Source: Octopus vulgaris (lineage: Eukaryota). From it: a DNA stretch of 64,000 bases. The stretch's first letter is position 1; every line of letters begins with the position of its first letter. Shown here piece after piece: positions 51,787-64,000 of the stretch. The position numbers and the translations under genes were made by a program. The stretch is from positions 42,904,001-42,968,000 of the forward strand of contig OX597821.1 of assembly GCA_951406725.2 (NCBI GenBank). The letters are read 5' to 3'. The notes below the pieces were generated by a model. It saw only the letters and a program-made list of their open reading frames with translations. It had not been told where the DNA came from and made no database searches.

Positions 51787-52600
51787 TGAGACCCTTGCTC
51801 TATGCTGACGACCTTGCTCTAATTGCTGAGTCACTATCGGAACTAGAGGAGAAGTTTCAGGTGTGGAAACAAGGATTAGAATTGTAGGGCCTTAGAGTCA
51901 ACCTAGTTAAAACCAAATTCTTAATAAGTAGGAGGGCAGGCAAACCACAAGTCCCTTTAGGTAGATGGCCCTGCTCGATCTGTAGAAAAGGTGTAGGTAG
52001 AAACTCTATAAGATGTACCCAGTGTAAGCTATGGACACATAAGAGGTGCAGCAATATCAAAGGAAGGCTGACTGGGAAGATAGTTTTTGTATGTGGCAGA
52101 TGCTCAGGAGCAATAAACACTGAAAACATGCAGAGAACAATTTCTGTCACATTCCAGGGAGAAAAACTAGAAGTAGTTGATAGCTTCCGTTACCTAGATG
52201 ACCAAGCCAGTAGCAGGGTAGGGTGCGCAGAAAGTGTAGCTGCTAGAATAAAAATAGCCTGGGCAAAGATCAGAGAGCTCCTACCTCTGCTGGTGACAAA
52301 GGGCCTCTTGCTCAGAGTAAAAGGTAGACTGTATGACGCATGTGTACGAACAGCCATGCTACATGGCAGTGAAACATGGGCCATTACTGCTGAGGAAATG
52401 TGTAAGCTCACGAGGAATGAAGCCAGTATGCTCCGATGGAAGTGTAATGTCAGTGTGCATACTCGACAGAGTGTAAATACCTTGAGAGAAAAATTGTGCC
52501 TAGGAAACATCAGATGTAGTGTGCAAGAGAGATGACTGCGCTGGTATGGTCATGTGGTGAGAATGGTTGAGAACAACTGTGTGAAAAAGTGCCATATCCT
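51787..52600 (+). mobile_element. RTE-clade LINE RT fragment (same family as 463-1601)
   Basis: LYADDL at about 51798, a Cys/His finger, FRYL and MLHGSETW. It is joined to a SINE 3' half at about 52605-52800. Confidence 0.9.
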
Positions 52601-53447
52601 ATCGGTTTGTCCCCCCCCCACCAACATTGCTTGACAACTGATGTTGGTGTGTTTGCGTCCCTGTAACTTGGCTGTTCGGCAGATGAGACTGATAGAGTAA
52701 GCACCAAGCTTACAGGGAATAAGTCTAGGTGTCAATTTCTTTGACTTAAGGGCTGTGCTCTAGCATGGCCACTGTCAAATGATTGAAACAAGTAAAAGAA
52801 TACCAGAGGAACGTTCCTTACCCCTAAACCAAGAAAGTTCTTTGAATATGTCCGATGTATTTTAAGGCCAAATAGTAATTCTGTTTCTGTCTTCATAACA
52901 GATATTTTGGTTGGATTATATAGTTAAGTTTTACACTGCTTTCTATATTTTGTAGCTGTCACACTATTTTGTAGCTGTCACACCAGCACACTATTTACAA
53001 GTGCTTATACTTTTTATATTTTCCGTGAATGTTTCACAGGTCCAGCTAGTATTTATAAATTTCGACTTGCACCAATATTCTTACAGAAATTGACTTGGGA
53101 ATTCATCAATCCATGATGAATACATTTAATTATAAAGAACCCAGGATAATGCAAGGGAGAGAACAATTAAAATATTTCTATCGCTTACCTCCCATGATCT
53201 GTATCTTGAAATCCTGTTCGGTCTCCTGTAGTTTTGTACCTTCTCATACAAGGTGGAGATTAGTACCAACATTCTTTGATCATTCTTGAGAGATTTCTTT
53301 GGTAGCCTTGCTAATCCACAAATAAAGTGTGTGTGTGTATGAGTCTCCATGCATGCAACATTTCTTGCCAATAGAGAAAGAGCCAGTTTCTAACCTAGAT
53401 CCAAGGCTCCTTCATTGGAATTTCAACATCAACAACAGGGTGTTTTT

Positions 53448-56400
53448 GTATGTATGTATGGATGGATGGATGGATGGATGGATGTATGGATGTTTGGACG
53501 GATGCATGGATGGATGTTTAAATGGAGGGATGGATGTATGGATGAATGGATGCATGGATGGATGGATGTTTTGATGGATGGATGGATGGATGTTTGGATG
53601 GATTGATGGATGGATGTTTGGATTGATGGATGGATGGATGTTTGGATGGATGGATGGATGTATGGATGGATGTTTGGATGGATGAATGGATGTTTGGACG
53701 GATGGATGTTTGGATTGATGGATGGATGTATGGATGGATGTTTCGATGGATGTTGGGATTTTAGATGGATGGATGGATGGATGTTTGGATTTTAGATGGA
53801 TGGATGGATGTTTGGATTTTAGATGGATGGATGGATGTTTGGATGGATTGAAGGATGTTTGGATGGATGAATGTTTGGATGGATGTATGGATGGATATTT
53901 GGATCTATGGATGTTTGGATGGATGTTAGTATGGATGGATGTTTGGATGGATGGATGTTTGGATGGATTGATGGATGGATGGATGGAAGTTTGGATGGAT
54001 GAATGGATTGAGGGATGAATGGATTGAGGGATGGATGGATGGATGTTTGTATGGATGGATGGAAGGATTGATGTTTGGATTGATGGATGGCTGGTTGGAT
54101 GGATGTTTGAATGGATGGATGGATATATGGATGGTTGGATGCATGGATGGATGGATTGATGGATGGATGTTTGGGATGGATGGATGGATGTTTGGAAGGA
54201 TGGATTGATGGACGGATGGATGGATGGAGGTTTGGATTGATGGCTGGTTGGCTGGCTGGCTGGATGGATGGATTGATGTTTGGATGTATGGATGGATGGA
54301 TGTTTGGATGGATAGATGGAGGGATGGAGGGATGTTTGTATGTATGGATAGTGGGTGTTCGGATGGATGGATGGATGTTTGGATGGATTGATGGATGGAT
54401 GTTTGGATTGATGGATGGATGGATGGATGGATGGATGGATGTTTGGATGGATGGATGTTTGTATGGATGGATGGATGGATGTTTGGATTGATGGATGGAT
54501 GGAGGATTGGATGGATGTATGGATGTTTGGATGGATTGATGGATGGGTGGATGGATGTTTGGATGGATGGATGTTTCGATGGAAGGATGGATGTTTCGAT
54601 GGATGGATGAATGTTTGGATGGATGTTTGTATGGATGGATGTGTGGATGGATGTTTAGATGGATGTTTGGATGAATGGATGTATGGATGGATGGATGTTT
54701 GGATAGATGGATGTATGGATAGATGTTTGGATTGATGTATGGATGGATGAATGTTTGGATGGATGGATGTTTGGATTGATGGATGGATGGATGGATGTTT
54801 GGATGAATGGATGTATGGATGGATGGATGTTTGGATAGATGGATGTAAGGATAGATGTTTGGATTGATGTATGGATGGATGGATGGATTTTTGGATGGAT
54901 ATATGGATGGATGATTAGATGGATGTTTGGATGGATGGATGGATGGATGTTTGGATAGATGGATGGATGGATGGATGTTTGTATGGATGGATGGATGGAT
55001 GGATGGATGTTTAGATTGATGGATGGATGGAAGTTTGGATGGATGATGTTTGGATGGATGGATGTATGGAGGGATGGATGAATGTTTCGATGGAATGATG
55101 GATGGATGTTTGGATGGATAGATGGAGGGATGGCAGGATGTTTGTATGGATGGATGGACGTTTGGATAGATGTTTCGATGGATGGATGGATGGATAGCGG
55201 GTGTTTGGATGGGTGGATGGATGTTTGGATGGATTTATGGATGGATGGATGTTTGGACGGATGGATGTTTGGATTGATAGATGGAAGGATCGATGGATGT
55301 TTCGATGGATTTATGGATGGATGGATGGATGGATGGATGTTTGGATGGATGGATGCTTTTATGGATGGATTGATGGATGTTTGGATAGATGTTTGGATGG
55401 ATGGATGTTTGTATAGATGGATGGATGTTTGGATGGATATTTGGATAAATGGATGTTTGGATGGATGTATGGATGGATGTTTGGATTGATGGATGGATTG
55501 ATGGATGGATGGATGGATGGATCGATGTTTGGATGGATGGATGGATGGGTCGTTGTTTCGATGGTTCGATGGATAGATGGATGGATGTTTGGATGGATGG
55601 ATGTATGGATGGATGTTTCGATTGATGGATGGATGGAGGTTTGGATGGATAGATGGATGATGGATGGATGGATGGATGGATGTTTGGATGAATTGATGGA
55701 TGTTTGGATGGATGGATGGATGTTTGGATGGATGGATGGATGGATTTTGGATGGATGTTTGGATGCTTGTATGGATGGATGCATGGATGTTTGGATAGAT
55801 GATGGGAGAATGGATGTTTGTATGGATGGATGGATGTTTGGACGGATGGATGTTTGGATTGATAGATGGATAGATGGATGGATGGATGGATGGATGTTTG
55901 GATGGATGGATGTTTGGATGGATGGATGTTTGTATGGATTGATGGATGTTTGAATGGATGGATGGATGTTTGGATGGATGGATGGATGGATGGATGGATG
56001 TTTGGATGGATGGATGATCGTATAGATGGATGGATGGATGGATGTTTGAATGGATGGATGTTTGGATGGATGGATGTTTGGATTGATGGACGGTTGGAGT
56101 TTTGGATGGATGGATGTATGTATGGATCGATGTTTGGATGGATTGATGGATGGGTGGATGGATGTTTGGATGGATGGATGCTTGGATGGATGGATGGATG
56201 GATGGATGGATGGATGATGTTTGTATGGATGGATGTTTGTATGGATGGATGGATGTTTGGATGGATGGATGGATGGATGATGAATCGATGGATGGATGGA
56301 TGGATAGATGGAGGGATGTTTGTATGGATGGATGGACGTTTGGATAGATGTTTCGATGGATGGATGGATAGCTGGTGTTTGGATGGGTGGATGGATGGAT

Positions 56401-59400
56401 GTTTGGATGGATGGATGCTTGTATGGATGGATGGATTGATGGATGTTTGGATGGATGAATGTTTGTATGGATGTATTGAGGGATGTTTGGATGGATAGAT
56501 GTTTGTATTGATGGATGGATGTTTGTATAGATGGATGGATGGATGGATGTTTGGATGGATATTTGGATGGATGGATGTTTGGATGGATGGATGTTTGGAT
56601 GTATGGATGGATGTTTGGATTGATGGATGGATGGAGGTTTTGTTGGATGTATGGATGGACGTTTGGATGGATGTTTGGATGGATTGATGGATGGATGGAT
56701 GGATGGATGTTTCGATGGATGGATGGATGGGTCGTTCATTCGATGGTTCGATGGATAGATAGATGGATGGATGGAGATTTGGATGGATGGATAGATGGAT
56801 GGATGGATGTTTGTATGGATGGATGGATGGATGTTTGGATGGATGGATGTTCGTATAGATGGATGGATGGATATTTGGATGGATGGATGTTTGGATGGAT
56901 GGATGTTTGGATGGATGGATGTTTGGATTGATGGATAGATGGAGGTTTTGATGGATGGGTGAATGTATGGATCGATGTTTGGACGGATGGATGGATGTTT
57001 GGATTGATGGATGTTTGGATGTATGGATGGATGTTTGGATGGATGGATGGATGTTTGGATGGATGGATGCTTGTATGGATGGATGGATTGATGGATGTTT
57101 GGATAGATGTTTGGATGGATGAATGTTTGTATGGATGTATATTGAGTGATGTTTGGATGGATAGATGTTTGTATTGATGGATGGATGGATGTAGATGGAT
57201 GGATGGATGGATGGATATTTGGATGGATGGATGTTTGGATGGATGGATGTTTGGGTGTATGGATGGATGTTTGGATTGATGGATGGATGGAGGTTTTGAT
57301 GGATGGATGGATGGATGGATGGATGGTTTGGATGGATGTTTGGATGGATTGATGGATGGATGGATGGATGGATGGAGATTTGGATGGATAGATGGATGGA
57401 TGGATGTTTGGATGGATTGATGGATAGATAGATGGATGGATGGAGATTTGGATGGATAGATGGATGGATGGATGTTTGGATGGATTGATGGATGTTTGGA
57501 TGGATTGATGGATGGATGTTTGGATAGATGCTTGGAAGGATGGATATTTGTATGGATGGATGGATGGATTTTTGAATGGATGGATGTTTGGATTGATAGA
57601 TGGATGTATGGATGGAAGTTTCGATGGATTGATGGATGGATGGATGGATGTATGGATGGATGGATGTTTGGATGGATGGATGGATGAATGGATGGATGGA
57701 GGTTTTGATGGATGGATGGATGGATGGATGGATGGATGGATGTTTTGATGGATGGATGGATGGATGGATGGACGTTTGGATGGATGTTTGGATGGATTGA
57801 TGGATGGATGGATGGATGTTTCGATGGATGGATGGATGGGTCGTTCATTCGATGGATAGATAGATGGATGGATGGAGATTTGGATGGATGGATGGATGGA
57901 TGGATGGATGGATTGATGGATGTTTGGATGGATTGATGGATGGATGTTTGGATAGATGCTTGGAAGGATGGATGTTTGTATGGATGGATGGATGGATTTT
58001 TGAATGGATGGATGTTTGGATTGATAGATGGATGTATGGATGGAAGTTTCGATGGATTGATAGATGGATGTTTGTATGGATGGATGGATGTTTGGATGGA
58101 TGGATGGATGAATGGATCGATGTTTGGATGGATGGATGGATGTTTGCATGGATGGATGTATGGATGGATGTTTGGATTGATGGATGGATGGAGGTTTTGA
58201 TGGATGGATGGATGTATGGATCGATGTTTGGATGGATGGATGGATGGGTGGTTGTTTCGATGGATAGATGGATGGATGTTTGGATGGATGTATGGATGGA
58301 TGTTTCGATTTATGGATGGATGGAGGTTTGGATGGATAGATGGATGGATGGAAGGATGTTTGGATGAATTCATGGATGTTTGGATGGATGTTTGGATGTA
58401 TGGATGCTTGTATGGATGGATGCATGGATGTTTGGATAGATGGATGGAGAATGGATGTTTGTATGGATGGATCGATGTATTTTTGGATGGATGGATGTTT
58501 GGACGGATGGATGTTTGGATTGATAGATGGATGTATGGATGGAAGTTTCGATGGATTGATGGATGGATGTTTGGATGGATGGATGTTTGTATGGATTGAT
58601 GGATGTTTGAATGGATGGATGGATGTTTGGATGGATGGATGTTTGGATGGATGGATGGATTTTGGATGGATGGATGTTCGTATAGATGGATGGATGGATG
58701 GATGTTTGAATGGATGGATGGATGTATGGATGGATGTTTGGATTGATGGACGGTTGGAGTTTTGGATGGATGGATGAATGTATGGATCGATGTTTGGATG
58801 AATTGATGGATGGATGGATGGATGGATGTTTGGATGGATGTTTCGATGGATGGATGGATGGATGTTTGTATGGATGGATGTTTGTATGGATGGATGGATG
58901 TTTGGATGGATGGATGTTTGTATGGATGGATGGATGATGGATGGATGGATGGATGGATGGATGGATGTATGGATGGATGGATGTTTGATGGATGGATGGA
59001 TGGATGTTTGGATGGATGGATGTTTGTATGGATGGATGGATGGATGGATAGATGTTTTGATGGATGGATGGATAGCGGGTGTTTGGATGGGTGGATGGAT
59101 GTTTCGATGGATTGATGGATGGATGGATGTTTGGATGGATGGAGATTTGGATGGATGGATGCTTGTATGGATGGATGGATTGATGGATGTTTGGATAGAT
59201 GTTTGGATGGATGAATGTTTGTATGGATGGATGGATGGATAGATGGATGGATGGATGTTTGGATGGATATTTGGATGGATGGAGGTTTGGATGGATGGAT
59301 GTTTGGATGTATGGATGGATGTTTGGATTGATGGATGGATGGAGGTTTTGATGGATGGATGTTTCGATTGATGGATGGATGGAGATTTGGATGGATAGAT

Positions 59401-62400
59401 TGATGGATGGATGGATGTTTGGATGGATTGATGGATGGATTTTTGGATGGATGGATTTTGGATGGATGTTTGGATGTATGGATGCTTGTATGGATGGATG
59501 GATGGATGGATGTTTGGATAGATACTTGGAAGGATGGATGTTTGTATGGATGGATGGATGTATTTTTTGATGGATGGATGTTTGGACGGATGGATGTTTG
59601 GATTGATAGATGGATGTATAGATGGAAGTTTCGATGGATTGATGGATGGATGTTTGGATGGATGGATGTTTGTATGGATTGATGGATGTTTGAATGGATG
59701 GATGGATGTTTGGATGGATGGATGGATTTTTGGATGGATGGATGTTCGTATAGATGGATGGATGGATGGATGTTTGAATGGATGGATGGATGTATGGATG
59801 GATGTTTGGATTGATGGACGGTTGGAGTTTTGGATGGATGGATGAATGTATGGATCGATGTTTGGATGAATTGATGGATGTGTGGATGGATGGATGGATG
59901 TTTGGATGGATGTTGCGATGGATGGATGGATGGATGTTTGTATGGATGGATGTTTGTATGGATGGATGGATGTTTGGATGGATGGATGTTTGTATGGATG
60001 GATGGATGGATGGATGGATGTTTGTATGGATGTTTGTATGGATGGATGTTTGTATGGATGGATGGATGTTTGGATGGATGGATGGATGGATGGATGTTTG
60101 GATGGATGGATGTTTGATGGATGGATGGATGGGATGGATAGATGTTTGATGGATGGATGGATAGCGGGTGTTTGGATGGGTGGATGGATGTTTCGATGGA
60201 TTGATGGATGTTTGGATGGATGGATGGATGGATGGATGGATGGATGCTTGTATGGATGGATGGATTGATGGATGTTTGGATAGATGTTTGGATGGATGAA
60301 TGTTTGTATGGATGTACTGAGGGATGTTTGGATGGATAGATGTTTGTATTGATGGATGGATGGATGGATGTTTGGATGGATATTTGGATGGATGGAGGTT
60401 TGGATGGATGGATGTTTGGATGGATGGATGGATGGATGGATGGATGGATGGATGGAGGTTTTGATGGATGGATGGATGTTTGGATGGATGTTTGGATGGA
60501 TGGATGGATAGATGGATGTTTCGATGGATGGATGGATGGATGGATGATTCGATGGATGGATGGATTGATGGATGGATGGATGTTTGGGATGGATGGATGG
60601 ATGGATTTTTGGATGGATGGATTTTGGATGGATGTTTGGATGTATGGATGCTTGTATGGATGGATGGATGGATGGATGTTTGGATAGATACTTGGAAGGA
60701 TGGATGTTTGTATGGATGGATGGATGTATTTTTTGATGGATGGATGTTTGGATGGATGGATGTTTGGATTGATGGATGGATGTATAGATGGAAGTTTCGA
60801 TGGATTGATGGATGGATGTTTGGATGGATGGATGTTTGTATGGATGGATGGATGTTTGGATGGATGGATGGATGGATGGATGGATGGTTTGGATTGATGG
60901 ATAGATGGAGGTTTTGATGGATGGATGTATGGATCGATGTTTGGATGGATGGATGTTTGGATGGATGGATGTTTGGATGTATGGATGGATGTTTAGATTG
61001 ATGGATGGATGGAGGTTTTGATGGATGGATGGATGTATGGATCGAAGTTTGGATGGATGGATGGGTCGTTGTTTCGATGGTTCGATGGATGGATGTTTGG
61101 ATGGATGGATTTATGGATGGATGTTTCGATTGATGGATGGATGGAGGTTTGGATGGATAGATGGATGGATGGAAGGATGTTTGGATGAATTCATGGATGT
61201 TTGGATGGATGGATGGATGGATGGATGTTTGGATGTATGGATGCTTGTATGGATGGATGCATGGATGTTTGGATAGATGATGGGAGAATGGATGTTTGTA
61301 TGGATGGATGGATTTTTGGATGGATGGATGTTTGGACGGATGGATGTTTGGATTGATAGATAGATGATGGATGGAAGTTTCGATGGATTGATTGGTGGAT
61401 GTTTGGATGGATGGATGCTTGTATGGATTGATGGATGTTTGTATGGATGGATGGATGTTTGGATGGATGGATGGATGGATGTTTGGATGGATGGATGTTC
61501 GTATAGATGGATGGATGGATGGATGTTTGAATGGATGGATGTTTGGATGGATGGATGGATGGATGTTTGGATTGATGGACGGTTGGAGTTTTGGATGGAT
61601 GGATGAATGTATGGATCGATGTTTGGATGGATTGATGGATGTGTGGATGGATGGATGGATGTTTGGATGGATGGGTGGATGTTTCGATGGATGTTTGGAT
61701 TGATGGATGGATGGATGTTTGGATGGATGGATGTTTGGATGGATGGATGGATGGATGGATGGATGGATGGATGTTTGTATGGATGGATGGATGTTTCTAT
61801 GGATTGATGGATGGATGTTTGGATGGATAGATGGTGGGATGGAGGGATGTTTGTATGGATGGATGGACGTTTGGATAGATGTTTCGATGGATGGATGGAT
61901 AGCGGGTGTTTGGATGGGTGGATGGATGTTTCGATGGATTGATGGATGTTTGGATGGATGGATGTTTGGATGGATGGATGCTTGTATGGATGGATGGATT
62001 GATGGATGTTTGGATAGATGTTTGGATGGATGAATGTTTGTATGGATGTATTGAGGGATATTTGGATGGATAGATGTTTGTATTGATGGATGGATGTTTG
62101 GATGGATATTTGGATGGATGTTTGGATGTATGAATGGATGTTTGGATTGATGGATGGATGGAGGTTTTGATGGATGGATGGATGTTTGGATGGATGTTTG
62201 GATGGATGGATGGATGGATGGATGGATGTTTCGATGGATGGATGGATGGGTCGTTGATTCGATGGTTCGATGGATAGATAGATGGATGTTTCGATTGATG
62301 GATGGATGGAGATTTGGATGGATAGATTGATGGATGGATGGATGTTTGGATGGATAGATGGATGGATGGATGGATGGATGGATGTATGGATGGATGGTAT

Positions 62401-64000
62401 GGATGGATGGATGGATGTTTGGATAGATGCTTGGAAGGATGGATGTTTGTATGGATGGATGGATGGATGGATGGATGGATGTTTAGATGGATGGATGTTT
62501 GTATGGATTGATGGATGTTTGTATGGATGTTTGGATGGATGGATGTTTGTATTGATGGATGGATGTTTGAATGGATGGATGTTCGTATGGATGGATGGAT
62601 GGATGAATGGATGGATGTTGGATGGATGGATGGATGTTTGTATAGATGGATGGATGGATATTTGGATCGATGGATGTTTGGATGGATGGATGTTTGGATG
62701 TATGGATGGATGTTTGGATTGATGGATGGATGGAGATTTTGATGGATGGATTGATGTATGGATCGATGTTTGGATGGATGGATGTTTGGATGGATTGATG
62801 GATGGGTGGATGGATGGATGGATGTTTAGATGGATGGATGGATGGGTCGTTGTTTCGAGGATTCGATGGATAGATGGATGGATGTTTGGATGGATGGATG
62901 TTTCGATTGATGGATGGATGTTTGGATGGATGGATTGATGTTTGGATGGATGGATGGATGGATGGATGTTTCGTTGGATGGATGGATGGATGTTTGGATG
63001 GATAGATGGATGGATTTTGGATGGATGTTTTGATGTATGGATGCTTGTATTGATGGATGTATGGATGTTTGTATAGATGCTTGGAAGGATGGATATTTGT
63101 ATGGATGGTGTAATTTTGGATGGATGGATGTTTGGACGGATGGATGTTTGGATTGATAGATGGATGTTTGGATCGATGGATTTATGGATGGATGTTTGTA
63201 TTAATGGATGGATGTTTGGATGGATGGATATTCGTATAGATTGATGGATGGATGTTTGAATGGATGGATGTTTGGATGGATGGATGTATGGATGGATGTT
63301 TGAATTGATGGACGGTTGGAGGTTTGGATGGATGTATGGATGGATGTTTTGATGGATGAATGTTTGGATGGATTGATGGAATGGGTGGATGGATGGATGG
63401 ATGGATGGATGGATGGATGGATGGATGGATGGATGGATGGATGGATGGATGTTTGGATGGATGGATGGATGTTTGGATAGAAGCTTGGAAGGATGGATAC
63501 TTGTATGGATGGACGTATTTTTGGATGAATGGATGTTTGGACGGATGGATTTTTGGTTTGAAAAATGGATGTATGGATGGATGTTTCGATGGATTGATGG
63601 ATGGGTGTTTGTATGGATGGATGGATGGTTGTATGGATGGATGGATGTATGGATGGATGTTTGGATGGATAGATGCTTGTATTGATGGATGGATGTTTGG
63701 AGGGATGGATGTTTGGATGGATGGATGTATGGATGGATGGATGTTTGGATTGATGGACGGTTGGAGGTTTGGATGGATGGATGGATGTTTGGATGGATTG
63801 ATGGATGGGTGGATGGATGGATTAATGTTTGGATGGATGGGTGGATGTTTCGATGGATGTTTGGATTGATTTTTCGATTAATGGATGTTTGTATGGATGG
63901 ATGGATGTCTTAATGGATGGATGTTTGGATTGATGGATGGATGGAAGTTTGATGGATGGATGTATGGATGGATTGATTGATGGATTGATGTATGGATCGA
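53448..64000. repeat. Degenerate (GGAT)n satellite, >10.5 kb, running off the window
   Basis: GGAT units interspersed with GTTT, GTAT, GATT, AGAT and TTCG variants; almost no C on the + strand. Confidence 0.99.

Noticed and set aside
54655-58425. 1256-aa minus-strand ORF (HPSI repeats) and the many MDGW ORFs
   Set aside because: These are translations of (ATCC)n, which rarely yields stop codons. All frames give the same low-complexity peptide and there is no gene structure.

Overview
AT-rich, repeat-dense animal genomic DNA. The SINE/LINE families look like those of a coleoid cephalopod, probably Octopus (inferred from recognition, not a database search). The only host genes I can support are two tandem, same-strand cytosolic sulfotransferase (SULT) genes. 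SULT-A is complete: five coding exons from 12227 to 22922, 870 nt, 289 aa, all GT-AG with matching phases. SULT-B shows only its first two coding exons (46073-51207); its next intron runs into a >10.5 kb degenerate (GGAT)n satellite that fills the rest of the window. The remainder is mobile-element debris: RTE, Tx1/L1, CR1/L2 and R4/Dong LINEs, Penelope-like remnants, Helitrons, mariners, MITEs with target-site duplications (TSDs), a solo LTR, tRNA-derived SINEs and microsatellites. There is one 100-N gap. Most ORFs in the track are repeat artefacts. I found no convincing new multi-gene system. The best leads are: the non-canonical PAPS-binding loop and pocket divergence of the SULT pair; a MITE family carrying telomeric repeats; an element bounded by two inverted Helitron 3' ends; a Penelope-type palindrome with hammerhead-ribozyme cores; and higher-order structure in the intronic satellite.
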